NCBI GenBank assembly: GCA_963847445.1
Contig: CAWJZV010000034.1
Span: 320,001-384,000 of the forward strand
DNA length: 64,000 bases
Source: an uncultured delta proteobacterium
GTDB lineage: Bacteria > Desulfobacterota > Binatia > UBA9968
Direction: 5' to 3'
Part shown: positions 36,831 through 46,917 of the stretch, one piece after another
How the letters are laid out: each line of letters starts with the position of its first letter
Numbering within the stretch: position 1 is the stretch's first letter
Position numbers and translations under genes: made by a program
Notes under the pieces: model-generated
What the model was told of the DNA's origin: nothing
Seen by the model: only the letters and a program-made list of their open reading frames with translations
The model's database searches: none

Positions 36831-37271
36831 ATGGCAGATGCTGCGGATGAAAAGAAGAGCGAAGCGCCAGCGGGCGACGCCAAAACCGCCGACCGGGCGG
36901 CGCGCAAGCGGCGCGGCCGCAAGAATATCGCCGAGGGTGTGGTCCATATCCATTCGACTTTCAATAACACCATCGTGACGATTTCGGATTATCAGGGCAA
37001 TGTGATTTCGTGGTCCAGCGCCGGCGCGATGGGTTTCAAAGGATCGCGCAAGGGCACACCGTTCGCCGCCCAGCAAGCCGCCGATAGCGCCGCTAAAAAA
37101 GCTATGGATCATGGGTTACGCACGGTCCAGATCTATGTCCGTGGCCCCGGCGCAGGACGTGAGTCGGCGCTGCGCGCCTTGCAGTCTGCGGGTATCAGCA
37201 TCAGTCTGATCAAAGACGTTACGCCGATCCCGCACAACGGTTGCCGCCCGCCTAAACGCCGGCGGGTTTGA
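36831..37271 (+). CDS. rpsK: 30S ribosomal protein S11
   Basis: [31 protein letters not shown]; N-terminal extension. Confidence 0.98.
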   Translation: MADAADEKKSEAPAGDAKTADRAARKRRGRKNIAEGVVHIHSTFNNTIVTISDYQGNVISWSSAGAMGFKGSRKGTPFAAQQAADSAAKKAMDHGLRTVQIYVRGPGAGRESALRALQSAGISISLIKDVTPIPHNGCRPPKRRRV

Positions 37272-37292
37272 TCATTACAGGAGGAAGCAGGT

Positions 37293-37919
37293 TTGGCTAG
37301 ATATATTGAATCCGTGTGCCGTCTTTGCCGGCGCGAGAATCTTAAGCTCTTTCTCAAAGGTGAGCGGTGTTATACCGACAAGTGCGCCATCGAACGGCGT
37401 ACCTACCCGCCCGGCGAGCATGGCCAGGGCCGGCCGAAGTTCTCGGAATACAGCCTGCAGCTGCGTGAGAAGCAAAAAGTGAAGCGCATGTACGGCCTAT
37501 TGGAAAACCAATTCCGCCGCACATTCACCGAAGCGGCGCGTACCAAAGGAATTACCGGTGAGACCTTGTTGGTGCTGCTTGAACGGCGGCTCGACAATGT
37601 CACCTACCGGGTGGGCTTTGCCAGCTCGAGAGCCGAAGCGCGCTCCTTGGTGCGCCATGGCCATATCTTAGTGAACGGCAAGAAGGTGAACATTCCGTCT
37701 TTTACGGTTCGCGTTGGCGATGTGATTGCCGTCAAGGAACCGAGCCGGCAGATCACCCGGGTGATGTCGGCGTTGGAAGGGTCGCAGCGCCGCGGCGTGC
37801 CCGATTGGGCCGAAGTCGATCGTGAAGCGTTCACCGGGCGCATCAAGATCCTGCCGACGCGCAGCGATATCACCATGCCGATCAACGAAAAACTGATCGT
37901 AGAATTGTATTCGAAATAA
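37293..37919 (+). CDS. rpsD: 30S ribosomal protein S4
   Basis: TTG start; CRLCRRE, LREKQK, LERRLDN, IVELYSK. Confidence 0.98.
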   Translation: MARYIESVCRLCRRENLKLFLKGERCYTDKCAIERRTYPPGEHGQGRPKFSEYSLQLREKQKVKRMYGLLENQFRRTFTEAARTKGITGETLLVLLERRLDNVTYRVGFASSRAEARSLVRHGHILVNGKKVNIPSFTVRVGDVIAVKEPSRQITRVMSALEGSQRRGVPDWAEVDREAFTGRIKILPTRSDITMPINEKLIVELYSK

Positions 37920-37941
37920 GCAGCGAATCTTGGGAGACGAT

Positions 37942-38964
37942 ATGTCGACAATGTACAAGCATTGGACGGAGCTGATCAAACCCAAACAGTTGGAGGTGGA
38001 AGAGCGAACTCTGACCGCGACGTTTGGCCGTTTCACGGCGGAACCGTTCGAGCGTGGGTTCGGCCAAACCATCGGCAACTCGGTGCGCCGGATTCTCTTG
38101 TCCTCGCTGATGGGCGCCTCCATCGTCGCGGTGCGCATCAAAGGCGTTTTGCACGAATTCTCCACGGTGGCCGGGGTCACGGAGGATGTTGCCGAAATCA
38201 TTCTAAATTTAAAAGAAGTTCGCCTGCGGCTGAACGAGGGTGAACAAGCTACGCTGAAGATCGATGCGAAAGGTCCAGGCGTCGTGTGTGCCAAGGATAT
38301 CGGCGGATCGGCGGCGGTCGACATCCTCAATCCCGATCACAAGATCGCGACGCTCTCGCGCGACGGCAGGCTCGACATGGAATTGTTGGTTAAGCTCGGG
38401 CGCGGCTATGTGCCGGCCGAGCGTAACAAAGAAGAGAGCGCGCCGGTGGACACGATCTTTATCGACGCGATTTTTTCGCCGGTGCTTAAGGTCAACTTCA
38501 CGGTTTCCAACGCGCGGGTCGGCCAGCGTACCGATTATGATCGCTTGGTGTTCGAAGTCCACACCGACGGCAGCGTCAAGCCCGACGACGCGATGGCCTT
38601 CGCGGCGAAAATCCTCCAGGACCAGGTGAGCATTTTCGTCAACTTCCAAGACGAACCGCGGCCGGAAAAGCGTGACGACGGTCCATCGATCCCGCTCAAC
38701 GAAAATCTGTTTCGCAGCGTCGACGAGCTCGAATTTTCAGTGCGTTCGCAGAACTGCTTGCAAAACGCCGATATCAAATACATCGGCGAGCTGGTGCAGA
38801 AGAGCGAACACGAGATGCTGCGGACGAAAAATTTTGGCCATAAATCTTTGAACGAGATCAAGGAGATCCTGCGCGAGATGGGCCTGGAGCTGGGCATGAA
38901 AGTGGATCACTTTCCGTCTCGCTCGGAAGTCGAAGCGCGCAAGCGCAGTCCTGACAAGGAGTAA
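37942..38964 (+). CDS. rpoA: DNA-directed RNA polymerase subunit alpha
   Basis: [43 protein letters not shown]; start ATG 37942 (37951 possible). Confidence 0.98.
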   Translation: MSTMYKHWTELIKPKQLEVEERTLTATFGRFTAEPFERGFGQTIGNSVRRILLSSLMGASIVAVRIKGVLHEFSTVAGVTEDVAEIILNLKEVRLRLNEGEQATLKIDAKGPGVVCAKDIGGSAAVDILNPDHKIATLSRDGRLDMELLVKLGRGYVPAERNKEESAPVDTIFIDAIFSPVLKVNFTVSNARVGQRTDYDRLVFEVHTDGSVKPDDAMAFAAKILQDQVSIFVNFQDEPRPEKRDDGPSIPLNENLFRSVDELEFSVRSQNCLQNADIKYIGELVQKSEHEMLRTKNFGHKSLNEIKEILREMGLELGMKVDHFPSRSEVEARKRSPDKE

Positions 38965-38972
38965 TCTTTACC

Positions 38973-39422
38973 ATGCGTCATCTCAAATCCGGCCGGCAGC
39001 TGAGCCGCAACTCGAGCCATCGCTGGGCCTTGATGCGCAATCTGATCACCGCGCTGTTGCGCGAGGAAAAGATTCAAACCACCGACCCCAAGGCCAAAGA
39101 ATTGCGCCGTTGGGTAGAACGGGTCATCACCCTCGGCAAACGCGGCGACTTGCACGCGCGCCGTCAGGCGGCGAGCATCCTCTTCGACAAAACCGTGGTG
39201 CAAAAACTTTTCGACACCATCGGTCCACGTTTCAAGGACCGGCCAGGCGGTTACACCAGAATCATCAAGCTGGGGGTTCGCCATGGCGATGCCGCACAGC
39301 TGGCATTGATCGAGCTGGTCGGTAACGAAGCCGGCGCTGAAGCCTCATCGGGTGGGGCGAAAAAAGGCCGCCGCGCACGACGCCGCGAACGTGAACAGCA
39401 GCAACAAGTCGCCGCCGCTTAG
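38973..39422 (+). CDS. rplQ: 50S ribosomal protein L17
   Basis: [22 protein letters not shown]; basic/Gln-rich C-terminal tail. Confidence 0.98.
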   Translation: MRHLKSGRQLSRNSSHRWALMRNLITALLREEKIQTTDPKAKELRRWVERVITLGKRGDLHARRQAASILFDKTVVQKLFDTIGPRFKDRPGGYTRIIKLGVRHGDAAQLALIELVGNEAGAEASSGGAKKGRRARRREREQQQQVAAA

Positions 39423-39710
39423 CAATCGTCCCTGACAATTGACTTCGATCAGATCCGTCGCCGGCGACCATCAAGCTGGCGGGCGGTTGTGGTTCGTGTT
39501 GGCTGCTTAGCCGAGCCAAGTCGGGCTCGTAAGTGGTTGATGCGCCAATGGTTTTTCCAGATTTGACGTACTGTTCGATATGTCAGTGACGGGCCCTTGC
39601 GCTTCGAGTCGGAATGGCGTATTTATCCGGCGCGGATTTCAGTGATAATTTCGGTGATGTTTGTGCCGATACCTCGCACCATGAAAAACTACTAACTCGG
39701 CGAACGCGTA

Positions 39711-40610
39711 ATGTCCATCGGCACATTTTCACAACTCGAATCAGAATCCATCGAAATCTTCCGCGAGGTGGCGGCGACGGCGGCTCGGCCGGTGATGCTC
39801 TACTCCATCGGCAAGGACTCCTCGGTGATGTTGCGGTTGGCGCAGAAGGCCTTTTATCCGGGCCCGATGCCGTTCCCGCTGCTGCATATCGATACCGGTT
39901 GGAAGTTTCGTGAGATGATCGCCTTCCGCGACCGGGTTGTCGAAGAAATCGGCTGCCAATTGATTCGCTATACCAATCCGCGCGGTGCTGCCGAAGGGAT
40001 AGGTCCGTTCACCCATGGCTCGGCATTTCATACCGATGTCATGAAGACCGAAGCGCTGAAGCAAGCGCTCGATCTGCACGGCTTCGACGTTGCTTTCGGC
40101 GGCGCCCGGCGCGATGAGGAGAAGTCGCGCGCCAAGGAAAGAATTTTTTCCTTCCGTGCGCCGGGCCATCGCTGGGAGCCCAAAGCCCAGCGGCCTGAAC
40201 TGTGGAACCTGTACAACACGCGAATCCATCCAGGCGAATCGATCCGGGTATTTCCTTTGTCCAATTGGACCGAGGCGGATATTTGGGGCTACATTCAGCA
40301 GGAACAGATTCCCATCGTGCCGCTCTATTTCGCGGCCCCGCGACCAGTGGTTCAACGCTACGGCCAATGGATCATGGTTGACGACCATAGGCTGCCACTC
40401 GAACCGGGGGAGGCCCCCGAGCTGCGCCTGGTGCGTTTTCGTACCCTCGGCTGCTATCCGCTGACGGCGGCTGTCGAAAGCAGCGCCGTTACCCTTACGG
40501 AGATCGTCGCCGAAACTCTCGGCGCGACCACATCGGAGCGCCAAGGGCGGGTGATCGATCACGACGGCGCCGGCTCCATGGAGCGAAAAAAACAGGAAGG
40601 GTATTTTTAA
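39711..40610 (+). CDS. cysD: Sulfate adenylyltransferase subunit 2 (CysD/NodP-like)
   Basis: [47 protein letters not shown]. Confidence 0.96.
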   Translation: MSIGTFSQLESESIEIFREVAATAARPVMLYSIGKDSSVMLRLAQKAFYPGPMPFPLLHIDTGWKFREMIAFRDRVVEEIGCQLIRYTNPRGAAEGIGPFTHGSAFHTDVMKTEALKQALDLHGFDVAFGGARRDEEKSRAKERIFSFRAPGHRWEPKAQRPELWNLYNTRIHPGESIRVFPLSNWTEADIWGYIQQEQIPIVPLYFAAPRPVVQRYGQWIMVDDHRLPLEPGEAPELRLVRFRTLGCYPLTAAVESSAVTLTEIVAETLGATTSERQGRVIDHDGAGSMERKKQEGYF

Positions 40611-42438
40611 TGGATACCCTGCGCTTCATTACCTGCGGCAGCGTCGACGACGGCAAGTCGACGCTGATCGGCCGCTTGCTTTACGAGACCAAGTTAATCT
40701 TCGAAGATCAGCTCGAAGCGCTCAAGGCCGACTCGAAGAAATTCGGCACCCAGGGCGAGCGCCTCGATTTCGCGCTGCTCGTCGACGGCTTGCAGGCCGA
40801 ACGTGAGCAAGGCATTACCATCGATGTTGCCTACCGTTTCTTCTCAACGTCCAAGCGGCGCTTCATCGTCGCCGATACACCCTGGTCACGAGCAATACAC
40901 GCGCAACATGGCCACCGGCGCATCCACCGCTGACGCGGCAGTGCTGCTGATCGACGCGCGCAAAGGCGTGCTGGCGCAGACCAAACGGCACAGCCGGATC
41001 GCGGCGATGTTTGGCGTTCGTCATATCGCCCTGGCGGTCAACAAGATGGACCTGGTGGACTGGTCGCAGTCCAGGTTTGAAGAAATTGATGCAGCCTACC
41101 GACAGTTCGCGCAGGACTTAGAGTTCAGCAGCATCACGGCGATCCCGCTGTCAGCACTTGAAGGGCAGAATATTCTTGAACCAGCCCCAGCGACGATGCC
41201 TTGGTATCATGGCCAGAGTTTGCTGCACTGGCTGGAAACCGTGCCCAGCGCTGAACGCCAATCTACACAACCATTCACGATGCCCGTGCAGTGGGTCAAT
41301 CGTCCCAACCTGGATTTTCGCGGCTTCTCTGGACGCATCGGCAGCGGTTCGGTTAGACCGGGCGATCGCGTGCGTGTCAGTCCTTCAGGGGTTGTCAGCG
41401 GCGTCAAGGAAATCTCGGTTTGGGGTGGCCCCCTGCCAGAGGCCGATGCTGGCGATTCGGTGACGCTGGTGCTGGAGGATGAAGTCGACGCCAGCCGCGG
41501 CGATGTCATTGCCGCGGCTGACCAGCCTGTCGAAGTGGCCGATCAGTTCGAAGGCGAGATTCTTTGGATGAGCGAGCATCCGATGTTGCCGGGGCGATCC
41601 TATGCCGGGCAAATTCACAGCAAGTCCGCCAATGTGAGCATCACCGACATCAAGCATCGTCTCGACATCAACAGCGGCGCGCGCCTTGCCGCCAAAGCGC
41701 TGGGCTTGAACGAGATCGCCACCGTCAATATCAGTTTCGACCGTCCGGTGCCCTATACCGCCTATCGCGACAACCACCGGTTGGGCGCGTTTATATTAAT
41801 CGACAAGCTGACCCATGAGACGGTCTGCGCCGGCGTAATTCATTTTGCCCTGCGCCGCGCCGTCAATGTGCATTGGCAGGCGCTCGAAGTGACCAAACCG
41901 GCGCGCGCCGGCTTGAAGCAGCAGCAGCCGCGCTGCTTGTGGTTTACCGGTCTTGTCGGGCTCGGGCAAATCGACCGTCGCCAACTTGTTGGAAAAACGC
42001 TTACACGCCGACGGCCGACACACTTACATCCTTGACGGCGACAACGTGCGCCACGGTCTCAACCGTGACTTAGGCTTCACCGAGGCCGATCGGGTCGAAA
42101 ACATTCGGCGCATCGGCGAAGTGGCGAAACTGCTGGTGGACGCCGGCCTGATCGTTATCGTTTCTTTCATTTCACCGTACCGAGCCGAACGCCAACTGGC
42201 GCGCGGCTTGTTCGAGTCCGGCGAGTTCGTCGAAATTTTCGTCGACACGCCGTTGGAGGAATGCGAACGCCGCGATGTCAAAGGCCTCTATGCCAAGGCC
42301 CGGCGCGGCGAGCTCAAAAACTTTACCGGCATCGACAGCGACTACGAAGCGCCCGAAGCGCCGGAGATTCACTTGCGCACGTTAGAGGCCAAGCCGGAAG
42401 TCTGCGTCGAGCGGATTGTCGAATGGCTGCGCTCGTGA
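40610..42438 (+). CDS. cysNC: Bifunctional sulfate adenylyltransferase subunit 1 / APS kinase (CysNC, NodQ-like), interrupted by two +1 frameshifts (~40880, ~41951)
   Basis: [18 protein letters not shown]|[14 protein letters not shown], then WFTG|[25 protein letters not shown]. Spread over track ORFs 40610, 40803 and 41953. Confidence 0.9.
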
Positions 42439-42670
42439 CGTAAGAAGTTTTGCGAGGATCACCAAGACATCCCGACTCTCTTTGCATCCCAGTTCTGAGG
42501 CGCAAGCGCGCGACGGCAAATTTGATTGAACTCAATAATCAAACAATTCCTGGCGCTATTGTGACCGCACCCTCGTGATCGCCTTGGCAACTTCAGCATC
42601 CCAGCGTTGCCTCTTGTGGAACCAGCCATCCCGTCTTTTGTTCACCGATTAGTCGTGATAGTTAAACGCC

Positions 42671-43051
42671 GTGGCGGAAAATGACACTGGCGTATTGCGC
42701 CGCTCGCTTAACGATTTTCTCGCGATTCAGCTCGACGATACGGCACTGGCTCGATTGAGCTGGCGCGACTTCGGCAATGGGCTGGAGATGTCGCGCTTGG
42801 CGCGCCAAGGCAAGCGCGAGTTGGTGCTCTATCGCATCGCGGCCGATGCTTCGCCCGAAGCTTTTGTGAAGCATGAACATGTGGGCGGCGAGTTTTACCT
42901 GGTGCTCAAGGGTAAGATCGGCGATGAGACCGGCGAGTACGAATCCGGCGACGTGGTGTTTCTCGATCCCCAGTCGGTGCATACGCCGCGGGCGATTGGC
43001 GAGACGGTCGTGCTGGTTCTATGGCCGGCAGGCGTGCGGCTGGTAGACTGA
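42671..43051 (+). CDS. Cupin-domain protein (ChrR-like cupin)
   Basis: HEHVGGEFYLVLKG..DETGEY..GD and SVHTP cupin metal motifs; GTG start. Confidence 0.75.
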   Translation: MAENDTGVLRRSLNDFLAIQLDDTALARLSWRDFGNGLEMSRLARQGKRELVLYRIAADASPEAFVKHEHVGGEFYLVLKGKIGDETGEYESGDVVFLDPQSVHTPRAIGETVVLVLWPAGVRLVD

Positions 43052-43084
43052 TTATCAATTCACCTGAATTTCTCGGGAGGCAAC

Positions 43085-43963
43085 ATGGCAAATCTAGGAT
43101 TCATCGGCACCGGCGGCATGGGCAGCGGCATGGCTGCCAACTTGATCAAGGCCGGCAATAAGTTAGTCATCACCGATCTGCGCCGCGAGCAGTGCCAGGG
43201 CTTGGAAGGCCAGGGCGCGGTATTCAAAGACTCGCCCAAAGCGGTAGCGGAATCATGCGACGTGGTGTGCTCGATGTTGCCTTACAATCAAGCCGTGCAA
43301 GCCGTCGGCTTGGGCAAAGGTGGACTGCATGAAGCGACCAGCGGCGCGAAAACATGGATCGATTTCAGCAGCATCGACAAAAAGACCATCGTCGGCGTCG
43401 AAGCTGAGCTTGTGAAAAAGGGCTGGACAATTCTGGATGGTTCAGCGGGCGGGGTCGAAGAGGCGGCTGCGGCCGGTACTTTGTCGCTTTGGCTATCGGG
43501 ATCTAAAGCGGTGTTCGACCAGCACCAGGATATCTTCAAGGCGATGGGCAACAAGATTATTTTCGTCGGCGAACTGGGCAACGCCAAGCTGGTGAAAAAC
43601 GCCATGGCGATGTTCGCCGCGGTGCAGCACTTGAGTCTGGCTGAGACCTGCGCTTGGCTGAAAAAGGGCGGTCTCAGCGAAGACACCTTTCGCACGATCT
43701 TGAAAAATTCCCAGCAGGATTCGGTCGCCATCGACCGGATCATGGAGATCGTCGTCAGCAAGAAGTACAAGCCGCGCAAGTCGTGGATGCCCAAGGACGT
43801 CGGCTTCGGTCTCGACATGGCGCGCGAGATGGAAGTGCCGATGCCGTTCGTCGCCTTGGCCTACCAGATGTTTTCCATCGCCCAGGCCACCGGCCAGGAC
43901 GGCTATGAAGCCACCGGCATCGCCTGCAACGTCTACGACATCATCACCGGGGCGAAAAAATAG
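43085..43963 (+). CDS. NAD(P)-dependent oxidoreductase, beta-hydroxyacid dehydrogenase (HIBADH/GarR) family, atypical motifs
   Basis: Rossmann GFIGTGGMGSGMA, DVVCSMLP, IDFSSI, AAAGTL, KD...L..A; SD GGAGG. Confidence 0.85.
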   Translation: MANLGFIGTGGMGSGMAANLIKAGNKLVITDLRREQCQGLEGQGAVFKDSPKAVAESCDVVCSMLPYNQAVQAVGLGKGGLHEATSGAKTWIDFSSIDKKTIVGVEAELVKKGWTILDGSAGGVEEAAAAGTLSLWLSGSKAVFDQHQDIFKAMGNKIIFVGELGNAKLVKNAMAMFAAVQHLSLAETCAWLKKGGLSEDTFRTILKNSQQDSVAIDRIMEIVVSKKYKPRKSWMPKDVGFGLDMAREMEVPMPFVALAYQMFSIAQATGQDGYEATGIACNVYDIITGAKK

Positions 43964-43973
43964 CGAGGGTAAC

Positions 43974-44509
43974 GTGGCGCTGGCAGCGGAACGATTGTCG
44001 CGCTTTTTGACGTTTCTCTTGCGCCACAAGCCCAAGGATTATCCTTTGGCGATCGACAGCGAGGGTTTTGCGCCGTGGCAGGATGTTGTCGATCTGGTGC
44101 GGCAGCGCTTTTACGATGTCAGCGAGGGCAGATGCGCGCGCTGATCGCCGGTGGGCGAAAAAGCGTTTCGAGATTCGCGGCGACAAAGTGCGCGCGACCT
44201 ACGGCCATTCGTTTCCCGTCGATCTCGGCGGCAGCTTGGCCGAGCCGCCAGCCGAGCTTTATTTCGCCGCGGCGCGCGACCTGGCAAAGTCGATGCTCCA
44301 CCGCGGCCTCGAACCGCGCGACCGTCAGTATGTGCATTTGAGCGTCACGGCGGAGGAGGCCGAGTCGGTGGCGCGGCGCCATGATCCGGCGCCGTCGGTT
44401 CTTGTCATCGACGCCCAGGCCGCATACTCCGAAGGAGTGCGTTTCTACGAGTCCGGGCCGCTGTTCTTGGCTGAGCAACGTGCCCGCGAAGTTTTTGTCG
44501 TTGCGCTAG
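43974..44509 (+). CDS. kptA: RNA 2'-phosphotransferase (Tpt1/KptA family) with three apparent frameshifts (~44126, ~44155, ~44477); pseudogene or sequencing error
   Basis: LSRFLTFLLRHKP..IDSEGF (frame of ORF 43905), KKRFEI..VRATYGHS and RQYVHLS (ORF 44068), and VPAKFLSLR-stop in the +1 frame ending at 44509. Confidence 0.8.
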
Positions 44510-44554
44510 CCGTAAGCCCTTCGATTGGTTGCCAAGCCATGCGCGCTAACCCGC

Positions 44555-45023
44555 ATGGTTAAAACCCCCGGCGATTATCCCCCCAGTTTGCCGGACCGCG
44601 CCGGAAGATACGTTAGCGTAATTCACAAAGCGATTCGCGCCGCAGTACCCAAGCTCAAGCCGGATATTTTGCATGTCATGCTCGGTTACGGCCCATTCCA
44701 CTATAAGCACGCCAGCGGCCACGAGGGCGATTGGTTCGTCGTCGGTCTAGCCAGCCAGAAGAATTACGTCAGCCGGTATATCTGTGCCTGTGACAAGAAC
44801 GGCTATCTTGCCGAGAAGAACAAAAGCCGGCTGCGGCGAAGTTCCCGTCGGCCGCAGCTGCATACGCTTCAAGAAGCTCGAAGACTTGAATTTGAAGGTG
44901 GCGATGGGGTTAGTCAAGAAAGCCGCGGCGTTGGTGCGGAAGCTGGGCGGGTTTTCGCTGGGCCAGTTCGGAATTTCAGCGGATGAGCCGGCTTCGGGCC
45001 GGGGAAGGGATTTCGGGCGATAA
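44555..45023 (+). pseudogene. DUF1801 (YdhG-like) domain protein, frameshifted ~44834 and degenerate
   Basis: MLGYGPFHYK.ASG.EGDWFVVGLASQKNYVS, continuing as VGRSCIRFKKLEDLNL in another frame. Confidence 0.65.
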
Positions 45024-45202
45024 TTGGCGGGAGCATAATTCACCTGCGGTTGGATGAAGCACGGATTGATGGCAGTTAGAAGTTCGGTTTGCACGGGACA
45101 TTTCATTCAGTTACATTGCTTCATCGTTAGTCGTTCATCCCAAAAAATTTCAATTGAATCCTCTGGCCTGGCGGTAGTGGCGGCGGATATTTAAAAAGCG
45201 CG

Positions 45203-46886
45203 ATGCGAAGTCATCTTAGGGCACTTCTAGCTCAAGCTATCGAGAAGATGGCAAAGGACGGAGAGCTGAATATCACAGAACTCCCTCCGCTACATCTTGA
45301 GCCGCCGAAGCAGCGCGAGTTCGGCGACCTGTCGTCGAACATCGCCATGCTGTGGGCTAAGAGCGCCAAAAAAAAACCGCGGGCCATCGCCGAAGCGATC
45401 CTAAAAAATATCGATGATCCTGACGGCTTGCTGGCGCGTCAAGAGATCGCCGGACCGGGATTTTTGAACTTCGCGTTCACGCCGAAGTTTTACTTTGCCC
45501 GGCTGCGCGAGATCGCCGCGGGCCAGCATGACAAGATCGATATCGGCCAAGGGCGCAAAGTGCAGGTGGAGTTCGCCAGCGTCAATCCGACCGGGCCACT
45601 CCATGTCGGTCATGGCCGGGTGGCGGTGATTGGCGATGTCCTGGCGCGCTTGCACGAAGCCACCGGTTTCTCCGTCGAGCGCGAGTATTACGTCAACGAC
45701 GCCGGCAATCAGATGGAGAACCTTGGCTTGTCGCTCTATGCGCGCTACCTTGAACAGTTAGGCCAGCCGGCGGAGTTTCCCGAGGGCGGGGTATCCCGGC
45801 GACTATGTCAATGAACTCGCCGCCGAGGTGAAAGCCCGCGACGGCGATAAATATCTCCGTGCGGACAAGGCCAGCGCGGTGGCGTTCTTTCGGCAATTTG
45901 GCGGCGATTCATTATTGAACACCATCCGCGGCCAGCTGGGCGAGTTTAGCATTCGTTTCGACTCCTACTTCAGCGAGAAGGCGATGCGTGAGCGTGACGA
46001 AGTGACGCAGTCGATGGCGCGCCTGCGCGAGCTCGGTTTGCTCTACTCTCACGACGGCGCCGAGTGGTTTCGCTCGACCCAATTCGGCGACGATAAAGAT
46101 CGTACGGTGATCAAGAGCGACGGCGAGCTGACTTATTTTGCCGCCGACATCGCCTATCATCGCAACAAATTTGAGCGTAAGTTTGCCAAACTGATCAACG
46201 TCTGGGGCGCCGATCATCATGGCTATGTGCCGCGCTTGAAGGCGGCGATGCAGGGCCTGGGGTACGACGCCGATGCGTTGCAGGTGGTGCTGGTCCAGAT
46301 GGTCCAGCTCACCCGTGGCGGCGAACCGGTGCGCATGGGTAAACGCACCGGCGAATTCGTTGCCCTCGAAGACGTGCTCCAAGAAGTCGGGCGCGACGCG
46401 GCGCGGTTTTTCTTCCTCATGCGCAAGTCGGACAGCCATCTCGACTTCGATCTGGAGTTGGCGAAGAAACAATCGAGCGAGAATCCAGTATTCTACGTTC
46501 AGTACGCCCACGCGCGGGTGGCGAGTATTTTCGCGCAAGCTGCCAAAAACGGTGTTGCCCTGGGCGCGTTTGAGTCGGTGCCGGTGGAGCGTTTGGAGTT
46601 GGCGGAAGAGCTGGAGTTGATCCGTCAGATGATTCAGTTCAACGACGTGTTGGAGGAGTCGGTGCGCGAACTCGAACCACACCGTATGGTATTCTATTTA
46701 CTAGAGTTTGCCGGCGAGTTTCATCGTTACTACAACCGCAACCGCGTGGTATCCGACGATATCGACTTGAGCCGGGCGCGTTTGCTGCTTTTGGCGAATA
46801 TTCAAAAGACGATTCGCCGGGGGTTGGAGATTCTCGGTGTCGATGCACCGATGAAAATGGCCGCAAGGATGGAAACCGAAGTTTGA
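45203..46886 (+). CDS. argS: Arginine--tRNA ligase, with one +1 frameshift in the G-run at 45788-45791
   Basis: FGDLSSN, AGPGFLN, HIGH-like VNPTGPLHVGHGR, YYVNDAG, GG|YPGDY, WGADHHGY, NPVFYVQYAHAR. Confidence 0.95.
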
Positions 46887-46917
46887 CCAGTCCGCGAAGG
46901 GCGAGAGGTTAATCGAA

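Noticed and set aside
39741-40562. Long antisense ORFs (e.g. 39741..40562, 45912..46682, 51293..52114, 60599..61402, 18635..19261)
   Set aside because: They are shadow frames of well-conserved sense genes in GC-rich sequence and have no recognisable motifs.
41945-41960. Programmed frameshift separating the CysN and CysC domains
   Set aside because: The shift falls inside the APS-kinase P-loop, has no slippery heptamer, and belongs to a local cluster of indels.
42522-42542. FNR box (TTGAT...ATCAA)
   Set aside because: Half-site spacing is 11 nt, not the required 4.
45024-45202. T-box or c-di-GMP riboswitch upstream of argS
   Set aside because: No T-box consensus (GGTGGNACC) or terminator U-tract, and the isolated GCAAAC lacks the rest of the c-di-GMP-I structure.
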